Source of the DNA: Lama glama
Lineage: Eukaryota
NCBI GenBank assembly: GCA_028534125.1
Contig: CM052816.1
Location: 26,352,001 to 26,416,000 of the forward strand
Length of the DNA: 64,000 nucleotides
Direction of reading: 5' to 3'
Shown here piece by piece: positions 11,006 to 24,644 of this stretch (position 1 is the first letter of the stretch; every line of letters begins with the position of its first letter). The notes beneath the pieces are model-generated. The model was not told the DNA's origin. It saw only the letters and a program-made list of their open reading frames with translations, and did not search any database. The translations under genes and the position numbers were made by a program.

Positions 11006-12981
11006 ATCTTAATGAGAGGGAGGAATATGACTTTCAGCTTCTTGTAATAAACATTCATCTCAGCCAGGACTTCTAGCCTCATTTTTTTTTGTGTGTAGGA
11101 CTTTTAGCTTCCTTCTTATGTGTGTAAAATTGTTGTCTCAAGTATTTTTCCTTTTGAATACATATTTCTAATTGATCATGGTCTAGGGTTTAATGTTGAA
11201 AAATCTAGCTCAAGTTCCCAAAATAAGCAAAGTATATAGGATTTTAAATTTATTTAGAATTTTGTTTAAATCTTCTTGGTTGGAGTACCTTAAATGTTTT
11301 AGGAGAGTACAATCTCTAGTAAATCGAAGCTTCTGTGAATCTCTTACTGCATTATTTAAAGAACTGGGAGTCCTCATCACAAGACTCTGCAGGCAATAGG
11401 ACACTGCCTGTCTGATAGCATTTCTGTTATCTTTTTTAATAAAAACTTAATTTTCTTTCTTCCTTCTTATACTGTCGGATATCACACCTTATTTATTTTC
11501 CTGACAGCCACCAGTCAGCTGGTAGGCACCCAAGACTTGCTGTCTTGAGTCCCACCATTTCTTATTCCTACCTTCCCATCCCCCTTTCCTGGCAGAGCAC
11601 GGGAAGAATGTGAATTTGGGGCTGTTCCTAGGCATGACCAGCAGAGTTTCCATAAACATATCACAGCTTGGCACAGAGAAGATGCTGAAGGAGCAGCCAC
11701 AGCATGTACAGCCAAAAGCACTTGTGGAAACCCTAGGAATGTTAACCGAGAGAATTGCCCGAAGTCCCCAGGCACCGTTCTCCCGGCACAGTTAGCGCAC
11801 TGTGTGACCAGACAGACAGCGCTTTCAGCTGCCTGGGGCTTTCAGCCTTTGGTTTGAAACATGACAGGATATGGCAGCCCTGACTCTGGATAATGTAGTA
11901 CGATGCAGCAAAATGCATCAAATTAGAAAATGGAAACTTTTCCTTCCCTGAACTGTAATTTAGCTGTCACTTGGCTTTAAAGCAGCTGAAAACAATTTTT
12001 TGGAAGTGAATGTTTATTTCCTGAAGTTTTGTGAATAATTATAGGCCTATTCTCTACATGGTCGACATTTCACCCACATTTCCCACAATCCTGTCAGCAG
12101 TGACAGTTCGTAACACATGCCTACGGTGGTCCTTTGCATTAAAAGAGGCTGCCGTTGAATGTGTGACACCTTTGATCTGAGGCATGTGACATGCTTTACT
12201 TAGGACTCTCTCATCAAGCTCAACACACTCTGTTAGCGTGCGTGTGCGTTTCCAACCTCATTTTCTAAATGCTGCGAGAAGAATCTACTGGGAAAATTCC
12301 TGATTTTCCATCTGTCTTACCACAGAAAGAGAAGGGCAATAGAATGAATTTTTTATGAGCCATATTGCCTAGTGTTCACTGAGAAACCTTTACCTTTCTA
12401 GGGGAAGCACTTGACCCTTCGTGGTGAAGGAGTTTGTAACCTGATTCTATTGTTAGAGTAATTTTAGTCTGAGATATTCCTGTCGGCACCCAAATTTAAC
12501 TCTGTAAGGCTAGATATTTTGAAGTTCTTGTCCCTAGTCCTCTTAAAATATACACTTTGCAAAATCAGGAGGTTGAAAGTCATTGAGTTGGTTATAATAT
12601 ACATAACTTTTATAATTTTGAAAGAAAAGACTTAGATGTACATGTGTGTATCAAGTTTTGCAGAGATGACAGTTATATACATTTAATAGAATTATTGATG
12701 GTACATTCATCAAGATTTCCTGTTGTAGGAGTCCAATTGAAGATTATTTCCATTGAATATTAGAATTAATATTTGGAAATAAGATTTTGTGATAATTAAC
12801 TAACTCTTACCTTTATACTTTCCACAGGTTCTTTAACATAATCTCTGTTTTCCCCACCACCTTGCAGGGAAAATGTTATTCTTGTTTTCTAGAGGGGGAA
12901 CCTGAAATGCAGAGAAATGTTATAGCTCTTAGACTGAGCATGTATATGATTTCAGGGTGCTCCTCTTAAAATACGAGGTTG

Positions 12982-13176
12982 ATACTTTGTAATAGTCTAT
13001 AATGAAAAAGAATATGAAAAGGAATATACATATAACTATATAAGTATATATATATAAAAAACTACATATTCATAAGAATATATATATAACTGAATACTGA
13101 CTGTATATAGTATATATACTATAATTATTAGAAATTAACACAACATTGTAAATCAACTCTACTTCAGTACAAAAAT
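12982..13176 (+). mobile_element. Short L1 3'UTR tail insertion with TSD
   Basis: TATAATGAAAAAGAATATGAAAAGG...AGAAATTAACACAACATTGTAAATCAACTCTACTTCAG; TSD ATACGAGGTTG (12971-12981) and ATATGAGGTTG (13177-13187). Confidence 0.85.
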
Positions 13177-13728
13177 ATATGAGGTTGGTTTCAGGGCAAA
13201 CAACCTTTGCATATCACCAAATCCAGCATTTGATCCCTGGTGTTAGTGTTATGAATAAGCAGCAGGAGTTTCCTATTTTTGATTTTGCCATCCCGACAGT
13301 AAAGGTTTGTTGCTCTGTTGTGTTATTTAGGAATATTTTCTACAGCTCCTAATTATTTAGTAACTCATTTGATTCCAAACTTCCTGTGCTGTACTGGTAT
13401 AATAAGACTTTTTAGCAATGAGAGCTTTATACCAGTGTCTATCGGTTTCTGCAACTCTGAGACTAAACGTACTTAAAAATTAGCACAACTATACATTGGC
13501 TTAATTTTAATACTAGTACCATCTTTGAGCTGGTAAAGTGAACATCTGCATTTTAGAAAATCACTGTTGAAAAAATGCCCCCTAACTTTTACTCACTGGC
13601 TGTGAATGACAACAATGTTTTACTTTTGTCAGTCTGATGCAGCTGTATTAAACTAACATCTCAGGCATTGTCTCCAGGAACATGCATGTTTCATGTATAT
13701 ATGCTAAACAGAACATATATTCCCTATA

Positions 13729-13732
<4 letters not shown>

Positions 13733-13758
<26 letters not shown>
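13733..13758. repeat. (TG)13 microsatellite
   Basis: Perfect dinucleotide run. Confidence 0.95.
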
Positions 13759-13759
<1 letters not shown>

Positions 13760-14199
13760 AGGCTTACAGGAAAATCAAGTATCTGTAGATGTAAGAATCT
13801 AGTGTACAGTTAAGCAAACTTCTGGCCATTATTCCAGCACACCTTAAGGGGAGAGGGATTCCTGTTTATCATTCGAAATAGTGTCGTAGTACTTAAAACT
13901 TCTGTTTTCAGGGAAGTATCTTTCTATCACAGTATAATTTTTGATACCCATTGCTTTTGAGAGAAGCCAAAATTGCAGGATGGGGGTCGGTGTAAGAGGT
14001 ATATTTTTCTGTTTCACAGATATTCAGAATGTAAGTAGAAAGTAATGAAAGGAGTTACACAGCTTTCTTCCCTTACAATCACAACCTTGATAATGTCACA
14101 CAGATAATGCAGACATCATCCATTTAACTAGTTTTCACTTGGAGAGTGGGTAGCTGTTGACCACTATGGTTTAAAGCCATAATTAGGCTGTTGGTCAGA

Positions 14200-15198
14200 T
14201 CTCACATTCATATTTCAGGCTTACATTTCCAACTGTTTACTCAGCATCTCTTTGGTATCTAATGGGAATTTGCAATGTTACATGCCCCAAACTGATCTCT
14301 CCCCCAGTAATTTTCCTTACTCATGGTCTTCTCCATCTTAGGCACGTGGCAACTTCAGCCTTCTGGTTGCTCAAGCCAAAACCTTTTAAGTTATCCTTGT
14401 CCTCCCCAAGTCTAATTTAACAGGAAATTTTCTTGATTTTTATTTCCAGATCTTTCTAGAATGTAAATTACATGTCTGGACTCTAAATAGCCTTACACTG
14501 TTGTCATTGTGCTTCTCGCCGCTCCCGTCTCTCACCTAGATTATTACAGTAGCCTCTTAACTGACCTCCCTGCCTTGATATTTATCTCACACAAGCCAGA
14601 ATGGGTCTTTTAAAATGAGAGTCAGAGCATGTCATTCCTGTTAAAAACCCTGCATTAACATTGGCTGTCCATTTTACTTGACTAAGACTTTATCTCTTTC
14701 CAGGTGCCTGGAGAAAAACCATTTAATACTCCCCCAACCACACACAAACCCTTATCAGTTCTCTGATCTCTTCCTCTATGATTTTCCCTCTTGCTCACTC
14801 CAGTCACATTGGCTTTGAACTTGACATATCAAGCCTGATTACACTCCAGGGCCTTTGCATTGACTGCTCTGTTTGCCTACAGCACACCTGTATTGGCATG
14901 GTGCTCTCTCATCTACTTCAGGTCTTTACCTTTGCAGTGAGGCCTCCCCTGACCAGAAGTCTCCTCCCAACAACTCTCCAACACTCCATACATTGTTCTT
15001 TTTTTCTTTTCTCCCTCATAATCTGCCATTATATTTTCTGGTTATTTATTATGTTTACTATCTATCTCAGTCTGCTTCAGTGGAAGCTCCCTAGGAGGAG
15101 GACTCTGGCTCTGTTTTATGCATTGATATGTTCTGAGCATCTAAGGCAGTGTCTGGTCTGTACATAATAGGAGCTCAGTAAATATTTGTTGAATGAAA
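14200..15198 (+). mobile_element. L2a 3' portion (about 1 kb)
   Basis: TTTCCAACTGTTTACTCAGCATCTC...CAGGGCCTTTGCATTGACTG...GAGCTCAGTAAATATTTGTTGAATGAA. Confidence 0.85.
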
Positions 15199-15329
15199 GG
15201 AGGAGTAAAACAAGTTTGGGCTGGATCTGTGTTACTTGCAGTTTGGAAATTCCTGACTAATGCAGTCTGACGCTGTCTTGGTCACTAACTTCCACATTTC
15301 TCCACATCCCCTGGCCAACAGTTGTTCGT

Positions 15330-15600
15330 AGACACAAGAATGCTAATTGACTACTATACCATAATTTACAATATGCAATATGATGGAGATCTAAACTAAA
15401 AGATACGGTCCCCACCCTCAAAGAGGCAGAGGCAGTTGACAACAAACAGAAAATGATAACATACGCGCTATGTGATGCAGTGCAGACTTTTCATTTCTGT
15501 AATTATCAGAGGCAAAAGACATCAGTAAAGGTTAGAATCACTATAGAAGGCTTCCTAGAACAGAAAAAGATCTTAAAATTGAAGAGTGATATAAATAATA
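15330..15600 (-). mobile_element. L2 fragment
   Basis: AAGATACGGTCCCCACCCTCAAAGAG...AGAAGGCTTCCTAGAA, antisense L2 motifs. Confidence 0.5.
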
Positions 15601-16599
15601 CAGTGTATTATATCATTGTTTTTATAAGGTCATGCCACACATTATATCCATTTACTTTGTTGTTATGAGAAGTTTCAGTTTTCCATAGAAGGAATTACTG
15701 ACGCTCGCCCCCATACTGGCAAATGAGGGCGTCTAACCAAAAAGGGATCCTTGTCAACAGATTTCATATTCTGCTGAATATACTTACTTCAAGAATAAGC
15801 TATTGGGAGGAAGTAGAGGGCTCTATATGATTTTCATTCTGTAGTAAATCAGCCAAATCAAAACTCAGGGATATGATGTGGCGAGGCAAGTAGGAACCTC
15901 AGGCACGTCAGGTTTTCCCTGGAGGGAGCAGCACAGGCAGGCAGGCACAAAAGCCGCATAATCACCTTATTCATGACTTTGAGTTCATCTCTACTGGTAT
16001 CGATTGGCAAGCACTTGCAGAGAGAAAGTAGTGAATGTCATTCTTAGAGAAGAGCTTAAATATATTAGCTAGTTAATTGAAAGGCTTCAACACATACCAG
16101 GCTGCAGGAAACCCAAGAACAAAATGAGCTGAAGTTTATGGTAAGTGGAAATAGAACGGAGTCAGATCATCCCTCAGTGCCTGTGTTTCACAACTTTTAA
16201 GTTTTGGTTTAAGTATTACATCTGTTTCTTGTAACTCTTGTCTAGTGTATATGTTGATTAACATCTTTCTTACTTACTGTGCTTTAAAAATAGAATATTT
16301 TAGAACAGAAAAACATGCCTAAAGGGTAGTTGTGCATATAGTCTTCATGAGAATGCTACTAGGAGAAGCTCCTCGACTTAGCCCTACTGTGTATTGCTGG
16401 TCACCGCATCCTGCAGTTTAAGATTTCCTGGCTAGTTAATGTTGCATTCAAGTAGCTTGGCAAATTTAGTTATATACAGTGACTCAAGGACACACCAAAA
16501 CCTTATGGCTGTAGTTTATCAACATAATAAAGATAGAAGGTAAGTCTGGGTGTGACAGAACAATAAGGATTGTTCTCAACCAGGCATAGTATACATGAC

Positions 16600-17400
16600 C
16601 ATTCATTTATTCATTCACTCAAGAAACAGTATTTGAGTCTCTTCTATTGCAACAAATGATGATTTAGTAAGTGCAGATGGGAAAAATAGAAGAAAGTTAA
16701 AAGTAAGGGTGAGGAATTAAACGTTCTGTGTCTTAAAGGAGGGAACGTTAGTCCTGTGAATGGAGAGGTGTCATCATGGTGCAGTGAAGATTCTAGACAG
16801 GAAAGAGCGAGTCTGGACTGGGGCAAGAAGTGGAAAAGACCAGGTCTAGAGGTAAGGCAGAGTGGGAGAATGTGGGAGACAGGTGATGTGAAACAACTAT
16901 TAAACATACATAAGCATAGTAATGATTGGATGAGAATGATGGGAAATGCTTTTTTAGCAAAGTAGTGAGAACAGAAGCCTGATTCCAGGATATGTCAGGA
17001 AGAAATGGAGGCAGCAGATAAAGGCTGCTTATTTGAAAAGTTTGACAGTAATAGGGGAAAAAAAATTGTAGCAAAAGCTCAAGAGGGCAGCTGGGTCAAG
17101 TGAATATTTTCCAGGAGAGCAGAGAACTATACATGTTTGAAGACTTAGGGTGAAAGCCAAGAGGAGGGTTTGAAAATGACTAAAAGGGTGGAATCAATTG
17201 AGAGTTAGGGTCTTGGCACTGGGAAGTGAGGAGCTGGATGGCACAGAAGGGGCCCTGAGTTTTACAGGAGGAGAAAGAGTTGGTTCTTGAGACAGAGACA
17301 AAGCTAAGAAGTAAGAAAGTGGTGTCACTGAGTCATTGTTGCTAAAAGTACTAATAGATGATGACTTGGTTTTTCCGGTGATATAGATAAAAGCGATGTC
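16600..17400 (-). mobile_element. Degraded L2 fragments
   Basis: CATTCATTTATTCATTCACTCAA...TATTTGAG start and a purine-rich antisense L2 body. Confidence 0.55.
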
Positions 17401-17882
17401 TGAGGAGGATAATAACTTCCTTCTCTTTTATTACAACCTTATCATGATAACAATAGCATATTCTTAAGCTCACTCACAATTAAAATACCTCTCTCCTTTC
17501 CCAGCTTCATTTCTACTGAATTATTACCTGTGATTTTTACTAAAGCTTTTTCTCTTCAGCACTGGTATTCATTCTCTTCATTTTTATGTGCTCGCCTTGC
17601 CGGCTACGTCTGCCTCCTGCATGCTGCTTATGTACCCCTGGAATCAGCTCTCCCTGTCATATGTCCCCTCATTCCTTCTCATCTAGGAGAAAAATCCTCT
17701 TCTCTTTTTAAATTAAAGTCACCAGAAATGAATGTAATTTGGTCCTTGTCTGTATTTTCATCCTTTCTTGATTTTCAGTTTAACTTTTACTTGGAGCATG
17801 ATGTATTTGACGACTAATAATAGCACTTTCCTTTCCTTTAATCGTGTTCTGTTTTCCCATTTTTCAAATGAGTCATTTAAGC

Positions 17883-18565
17883 CAGTGGGTTTCAAAGAAG
17901 GAGGCACACAACCCAGTGGGTGAACGAGATGGAATACAGAAAAAAATATTACCTCTTTATCTAAAAATAGGAAATAAACTAATTTTTTCTAATAGTGTGT
18001 GAAATGAACAAGGCCCTCTTACCCAGTTCATATGTCATGCTGTCACAAATTATATATGCTATACAAATATTCAGTCTGTTTTGCCATATTGCAATTATGT
18101 GTGCCTGATTTAGGAAGTCTATGTATGCATTGTCACCCACTTTAATGAAAGATCATTCTTAATTAAAAAGTACAGGTGACTTTAAAAGATTCTAGCAGAA
18201 AAACTACAGAGTAAAGGTTATACTCATAACGCAAGCACAAACACCTAGACATTGGCAGAGCTGTCACTATTACTTCTCATGTGAGCCAGCACCTGCCAAC
18301 ATTCATGAAAAAATAAACAAAATGTAAACAGATCTGACAATTAGCCAACAAAAGTGAAATTATTAAGACTATTTCCAATATAGGTTTATGCACATCATTA
18401 TTAGAGATGGCTATAACCCCAAGTGTATATTCTGCATTTGGATTCTAGTTAATAATGATAGTACTTACATATAATTTACAAATAAATAAATATGCATGTA
18501 TTGGGGGATTTTGCTCAACATCATTTTGCTAATAAGAGTGTACCATAACAGTCTGGAGAACTCTG
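17883..18565 (+). mobile_element. hAT-Charlie DNA transposon deletion derivative
   Basis: TIR-like CAGTGGGTTTCAAA ... TCTGGAGAACTCTG; internal 18367-18462 translates DYFQYRFMHIIIRDGYNPKCIFCIWILVNND, resembling the Charlie transposase N-terminal BED finger. Confidence 0.7.
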
Positions 18566-19559
18566 ATCTAGTGCATTTTTTATCAGCGAATATGAATAGT
18601 TTTTTTCATGAAATAATAAAACATTAAGCTCCCTATAACAGTAAAATGTAGTTTTGAGAACAGAATATTTGCATGGCTTTTAAAAATAGACTGATTTCTT
18701 TTTAAGGTACTACACAGCAGAATTCAGAAGCCTTTCTATTGACAAAGATTAGTAAAATGCCCCAAGGGTGAAGACACTCTGGTGGACTGGCACATAGCAG
18801 AGGCATTGATTTTTACATTTGAGTCACTGTTCTTTTCACATACCATAGTGTGTTCAAATTCACAGTGCAGACTGTGAGCCTTGAGAGAAGGAGTCATGAA
18901 TACTTCTGGAAACTTACTTTAACTTCTACCGTAGTTTTAAATGTTCTAATTCTAGAGTAGCTTTTTTAGATGCTTCAGTAATGCATGTGTCCATTTAAAA
19001 CTTAATTTTTCACCTTGAAACACTCACACAGGCCTATGGAAAGGAACCTTTTCAATGATCTTACTGCAATGGGAGATATACACTCCCATGACAGCAAGAG
19101 GATAAATTTTGCCTTCAAAATTATCATACATTGTAACTACCAACTGCACTCCCATTTTCCATGACAATGTGAGAAATTTATTTTTTTCTGTAAGTTAGCA
19201 CGAGGGCACAATTACAGATGCAAGTCCATGGACTACCATTGATTCAAGTGGACTGTTACATCCAGCAGGAATTCTATAAATTGTATTATCCTTCCAAGAT
19301 TTTAAAAGCTGTATACAGGCTGCTATGTGTAGATAACATTACATCCTAAAATTAAAATGAGCCAACTTTTCATTTATTAATTTTTTTTTTCAAAATTGAG
19401 AAGCTAGATCCATGAATCATTAGCTAGTCCTCATCTGCATGGTGATGAATACCAGATATAGATATAGATATAGACTAAACAATTGAAAAGACTACTATGA
19501 TTTTTTTGAATTATAAAAATAATATTTAAAACAAAGTATCTGTGGTGATGACTGCTTTG

Positions 19560-19770
19560 ATTTACATAGTACCTGTTTAAAAGTTTTCAAAGTACTTTAG
19601 TGCCTTATTAATTCTCCCATTTCTCTCTGGAGTGGATAATGAACAGACTGAGAAAATTGAAGCAATGAAGTGACATGATGCTTCCAGGCTTCATTAGTGA
19701 GCAATGAAGAAGCAAAGAATAAATCAGGAATCATCTTGTGACAGTGTTCCACTAGACCAAGAGGCCATCT
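19560..19770 (-). mobile_element. MIR remnant
   Basis: ACAGACTGAGAAAATTGAAGCAATGAAGTGAC...TTCCACTAGACCA. Confidence 0.5.
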
Positions 19771-20329
19771 AAGCAGTAAAGTTAGAGTGTTTAAAAATAA
19801 TGATATTTTAATACAGTCACAGTCTACCTAATAAAACTAGTGTCAACCAAACTATGTACTATCAAACTGTCTTTGTGTGGATTGTATAATTTTAAGGAAC
19901 AGATTTCTTTTAAAATACTACTGTAATGTTATCTTTAAATAAGGATTCTGAGATGCTCATATTAGGATAAATATTTAGTTAAACAGCTAAGATAAACGTG
20001 AGGCAGTCTAGACTTTTACAGACTAAAGATTGTGGGCCTCACAGAAGAGTTCAAAGAAAATTCTGTCTGTGCAGGAACTACAAGCTTTAATTATCAAAGA
20101 ATGAGAGTGAGCAGAAGCACTAAGGTATCCACTCCAAGGCGTTGAGGCCCTTCATGAGTGTATGGCTCTCAGTTTTCTAAAGAATATAAAAGAAGGCAAA
20201 AGATTGCAAAATATCTCCTGAGGTACAGAAAGTAGTCAGTGTTAAGACTGGAGAGCAAAGAGACTCTAAAGAGTAATCTCAGAATCTTATATAACTAGGC
20301 AGTAAAATATGCTGATAGCCCCAACACTT

Positions 20330-23265
20330 CTGAAAGCTGGTGGCTCTGAAATATTGCCAGTGCTCAGATCTCAGTCCTTGCTGATAAGAAAGTTGTAATT
20401 CCATCCTCAAAATACTTCAAGCCAGTGGTGAACTGAATCAAACTAAAACAGCAACAAAGTTCAGACCCAGGTAACCCACTCATTTCACCTCTAGGAGACT
20501 GACAGAAATAAGAGCCTGCACCTTTCTGTAGGTAAACATTATTTGCTTTGGATTCTATTGTTTTGTTACATAATGTCTAGCGTATACCTAAAGATTTAAA
20601 GACACACAGCAAGATAAGAAAATGGCATCCATGGTCAAGAGAAGAAATAGTCAATAGAAGCATATCCAGAAATGAACCAAATGTTTGAAACATCACATAG
20701 TGGCTTTAAAATCTAGAGGATAAAAAGGAATAAAACATACAGTAGAAACGGTGCACAACACCCACAATGAAGTGGAAAATGTTAGCTGAAATACAAAAAC
20801 TATGTTAAAAAATCAAACTAAATAGAAATGAAAAATGTAATGTCAGGAAGAGTTCATTTGATAGACTTAAGAGCAGATGCGCACAGTAGAGGAAGATGTC
20901 AGTAAAATCAAAATAGTCAATAGAAAATACTTAAATGAAAGAAAAGTTTAAAAAAAGGCAAAAAACACCTGAGATCTGTGGGAAAATATGACAAAGTGCA
21001 AGAAGGAGAGTAAAAGGTGAATGGCATAGAAATCTATAATTGATGAAAGATCCAAGCCACTTGTAAAATTCAAGCAGATTAAATAAAAAGAAAAAACAAA
21101 GATACAGAGCAGTGCTTAAAACCAGCCAGAGAAAAAGGATACATGTATATACAACTGAATATCAATAAAAAGGGGATGGATAAGTTCCCACTAGAAATAA
21201 TAGAAGCCAAAAGACTGTGGAAAGACATTTTGAACGTGCTGAAAGAACAAAATAGGCCTGTCAACCTAGGATTACATATCTAGCAAAAATAGCCTTCAAA
21301 AAGGATGGTAACATAATGATATTTTCAGATAGAAAATGCTGAAATATTTTACCTCCAGGCAACTTTCGCAGTATGAAATGCAGAAAGACTTCAGGCTAAA
21401 GAGAATGATAACAAACGGAACTCATAAAAGAGCTTTTCTTTTAATCCTTCTGTGTTTTAATTGTATGTATTTATTTCTTTAAAAAGAACAAGTGTTTAAA
21501 GCAAAAGCAGTAACAGTGTGTTGTAGGTTTTTAACATATATGGAAGTAAAGTATATGATAAGAACACGGGGGGGCAAATGAAATACTACTATGCAATTTT
21601 TATACTGTTTATGAGTTAGTGTACTATTTGATAGAAAAAAACATAACTTAAAGATGCATATTATATTTAGCTCCACTGTTAAAATTATGTGTAAAATGTA
21701 ATAGCAATCAATACATGAAATAAAATTCAGTAATATTCAGTAATACTCATTTCTCCTCTGAAAGGCAGGAAAGGAGTTGCAGAGACATAACAAATGGAAT
21801 AAATAGAAAACAAATATTAACTTGGGGGATTAAAACACAGCAATATTAATTATATAAAGTATTAATTGGACACATGCTTTACTTAAAAGGTAGAGATTTG
21901 TAGACTAGATCAAAAAGCTGGACCCAACCATAAAGTGTCTGCAGTAGACACAGGTAGATTAAAAATTAAAAAGGTATAAAAATATATACCATGTATATAC
22001 TAAATATAAAAAAGCTAATGGCTATTTTAATATCAAGACAACAAAACTTACCAGAGATATAGGACATTCCATATTTGTAAAAAGATCAATTTGTCAAGAA
22101 GATATATGTTTTCAGTATAAAAATCACTATACAGTAATCACCTGCATTTCTATAAATAACAATGACTGAAAAATAAAATTAAAATAACAATTACATTTAT
22201 AATAACGCTTAAAAAATCAAATATGTAGGAATAAATCTAACAAACTACGGAAAAGACCTCTTTGTTGGAATTACAAGACATTGCTGAATGAAATTGAAGA
22301 ATTCTTAAATTGAAAGATATAAATGTTTGTGGATGGATAGAACTGATACTGTTTTCTATAATCCAATGTACAGATTCAAAGCAATATCTATCAGAATTCC
22401 AACAGACTTTTTGGGAGGAAATAAGCTGAATCTAAAATCCATGTGGAATGCAAAGGATCTAAAACAAAGAAGCCAGAACAACAGTGAATAAAGAAATTTT
22501 GGAAACTTGTGTACTTGATGTCAAGACTTACAAAGCTGTGATAAAACCATGTACTTGGTACAACAGTAGACAATAGAACAGTGGAAAAGACCTGAAATTT
22601 CAGAAATAGATACACACCTATATGGAAATTGAGTTTTGATCAAAGTACCAAATCAAACCAAAAGATATAGCAAAGTCTTTTTAACAGATCTTGCTGGGAC
22701 AGTTAGAAATCAACTGCAATAAATACATTCCTCATTCCAAACATAAGCATTAATTTGAATGGACATAGGTGCAAATTGTGAAACTCAAAACCATAAAGTT
22801 CCTTGAAGAAAATATTAGAAGAATATCTTCATTAGCTTGTAATAGGCAATAATATTTTAGTCAGAATACAAAAAGTAGTAATCATAAAGTTGAAATTAAT
22901 AATTGGGACCTCATCAAAAAAGAATATCTGCTCATCAAAAGACACCATTAAAAACGAAGTCAAGCCACAGATTGGGAAAAAATAATGGCAACAAAATTCT
23001 CAGAATGTTAAAAAATATCCAGAATATTTAATAAGCTCCTACAAATCAGTAATAAAAAGACAAATAATACCCCCTCCCCACAAAAAGTGAAAGAAACTTA
23101 GTAACATCACAAAAGAATACGTATGTGGTCAAAAAGCCCGTGAAAAAGGTGCCCAACATCGTCAGTCATCAGGGAAATGTAAATTAAAATCATAATGAGA
23201 TACCATTCAGAGTCACAGGAATGACCAGAATTAAAAAAAGAGATTGACATCTCTAAACGTTGGTT
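20330..23265 (+). mobile_element. Ancient L1M element (5' region, ORF1, EN start, internal deletion, ORF2 C-terminal half)
   Basis: ORF1 motif GTCAACCTAGGATTACATATCTAGCAAAAATAGCCTTC (about 21260); EN motifs at 21800-22110; ORF2 motifs TACAGATTCAAAGCAATA and CATCAGGGAAATGTAAATTAAAA; A-rich and heavily mutated. Confidence 0.85.
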
Positions 23266-24644
23266 GTTAAAACTAAATTAAATCTTTTTGTTTTTGTCTT
23301 TAGTTTCATTAGAAAATAAATTGTTTATCTCTGTACTCAGCCAGATATTTTTATCATTTCCCTCTTCATCATCCTCAGAGTTTCCTGTCACTGATAAGCA
23401 AGCCAAGATCACTGGAAGATATTAATTTTATCATTATCTTTGACTGTTCACATTATGCACACACACAAAAGAAACCATCCCAGTGTTAAAATCCTACCAT
23501 TTAATCTGGAGGTTCAAATACATATACATTGTCAAATACGAAAATTGTTTTAAACATCACAGAGTGATTTCACTAAGAAGTTATTTAGAATTATTTTGTT
23601 TATATGACTTATGTATCTATAGGAAAAATATCTGAACATTAACTGATAATCTGTCCACAATATATAGGGAAGATGAATGGTTGAATAAATTAGGGAAAGA
23701 AAAAATAGTATGTAATTCCCTTATGCTTTTTAAGAAGAAAATTAGGAAAAATTGAAAATAATTAAGAACATAGTGTTTTACAAATAAGATAAAGAAGGAA
23801 TAAAAAAGATAAGGGAAAATGGGAGACTTTGATTTCCATTTTCATTTATTCAGCATAATTCTATTTCTTCTAATGGGTACCATTCTTAACTTTTGGGGGA
23901 AGGATTCCTTAGACTTTTTTATCCCTAAGTTCACATAGACAGTGAATGAGATCAGGGATCTGGGAGGTTCCTCCCATCTTCCTACTTACTGACAAGTAAT
24001 CTGTGATGAGTAATATGAAGTACTTATTAACACAGAGCTATTCAGAGTTATTGATGAAAAGGAACGATCCATCATGTGATTCCCAGGGCACTGAAGGAGT
24101 TTCTCCTTTATTGATTCAATAGTTAATAGAACCAGTCATTTATATGACCTGTTAAAAATGATTTGTATTTGGATGATGAATTTTATTTGGCCACTTTGAA
24201 CTTTTTAGAAGTAGGGAAGGAAAACATTTTGTTGAAATAAATATTTTGTTCATTTATTTTCAAAACTTGGAATGCAATTCACATGACGAGGGAAATGGCT
24301 AGTAATTAAAACACAGTCACAGAAAAGAAATAAGTGAATGTTTAACAAGCAGTCTTCTTTGCTTCAGATGAAGCTGGGAGATGAACTGTTGTACTTTCCT
24401 TGGGTCGTAATTTTCACTCTTAGCTGCTTCACTTACTTTTCATTGCAATATGTGAAACAAAAACCAAAAAACTCAAGAGTCCCAAGTCCCACAAATACAG
24501 TGTCCCCTTACATAAATAATTTTACCCATTTAGTTTTTCGTATCTGCAAAAAACAAGATGATTTTTGGTAAATCTGTCTTATTTGTCTTATAAATAAGCA
24601 TCTAAATTTGAGTTCTGAGAACCCATCTCCCACGTGCCCACGTG

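Noticed and set aside
14778..15167. 129-aa hydrophobic ORF
   Set aside because: Chance ORF inside pyrimidine-rich L2 sequence.
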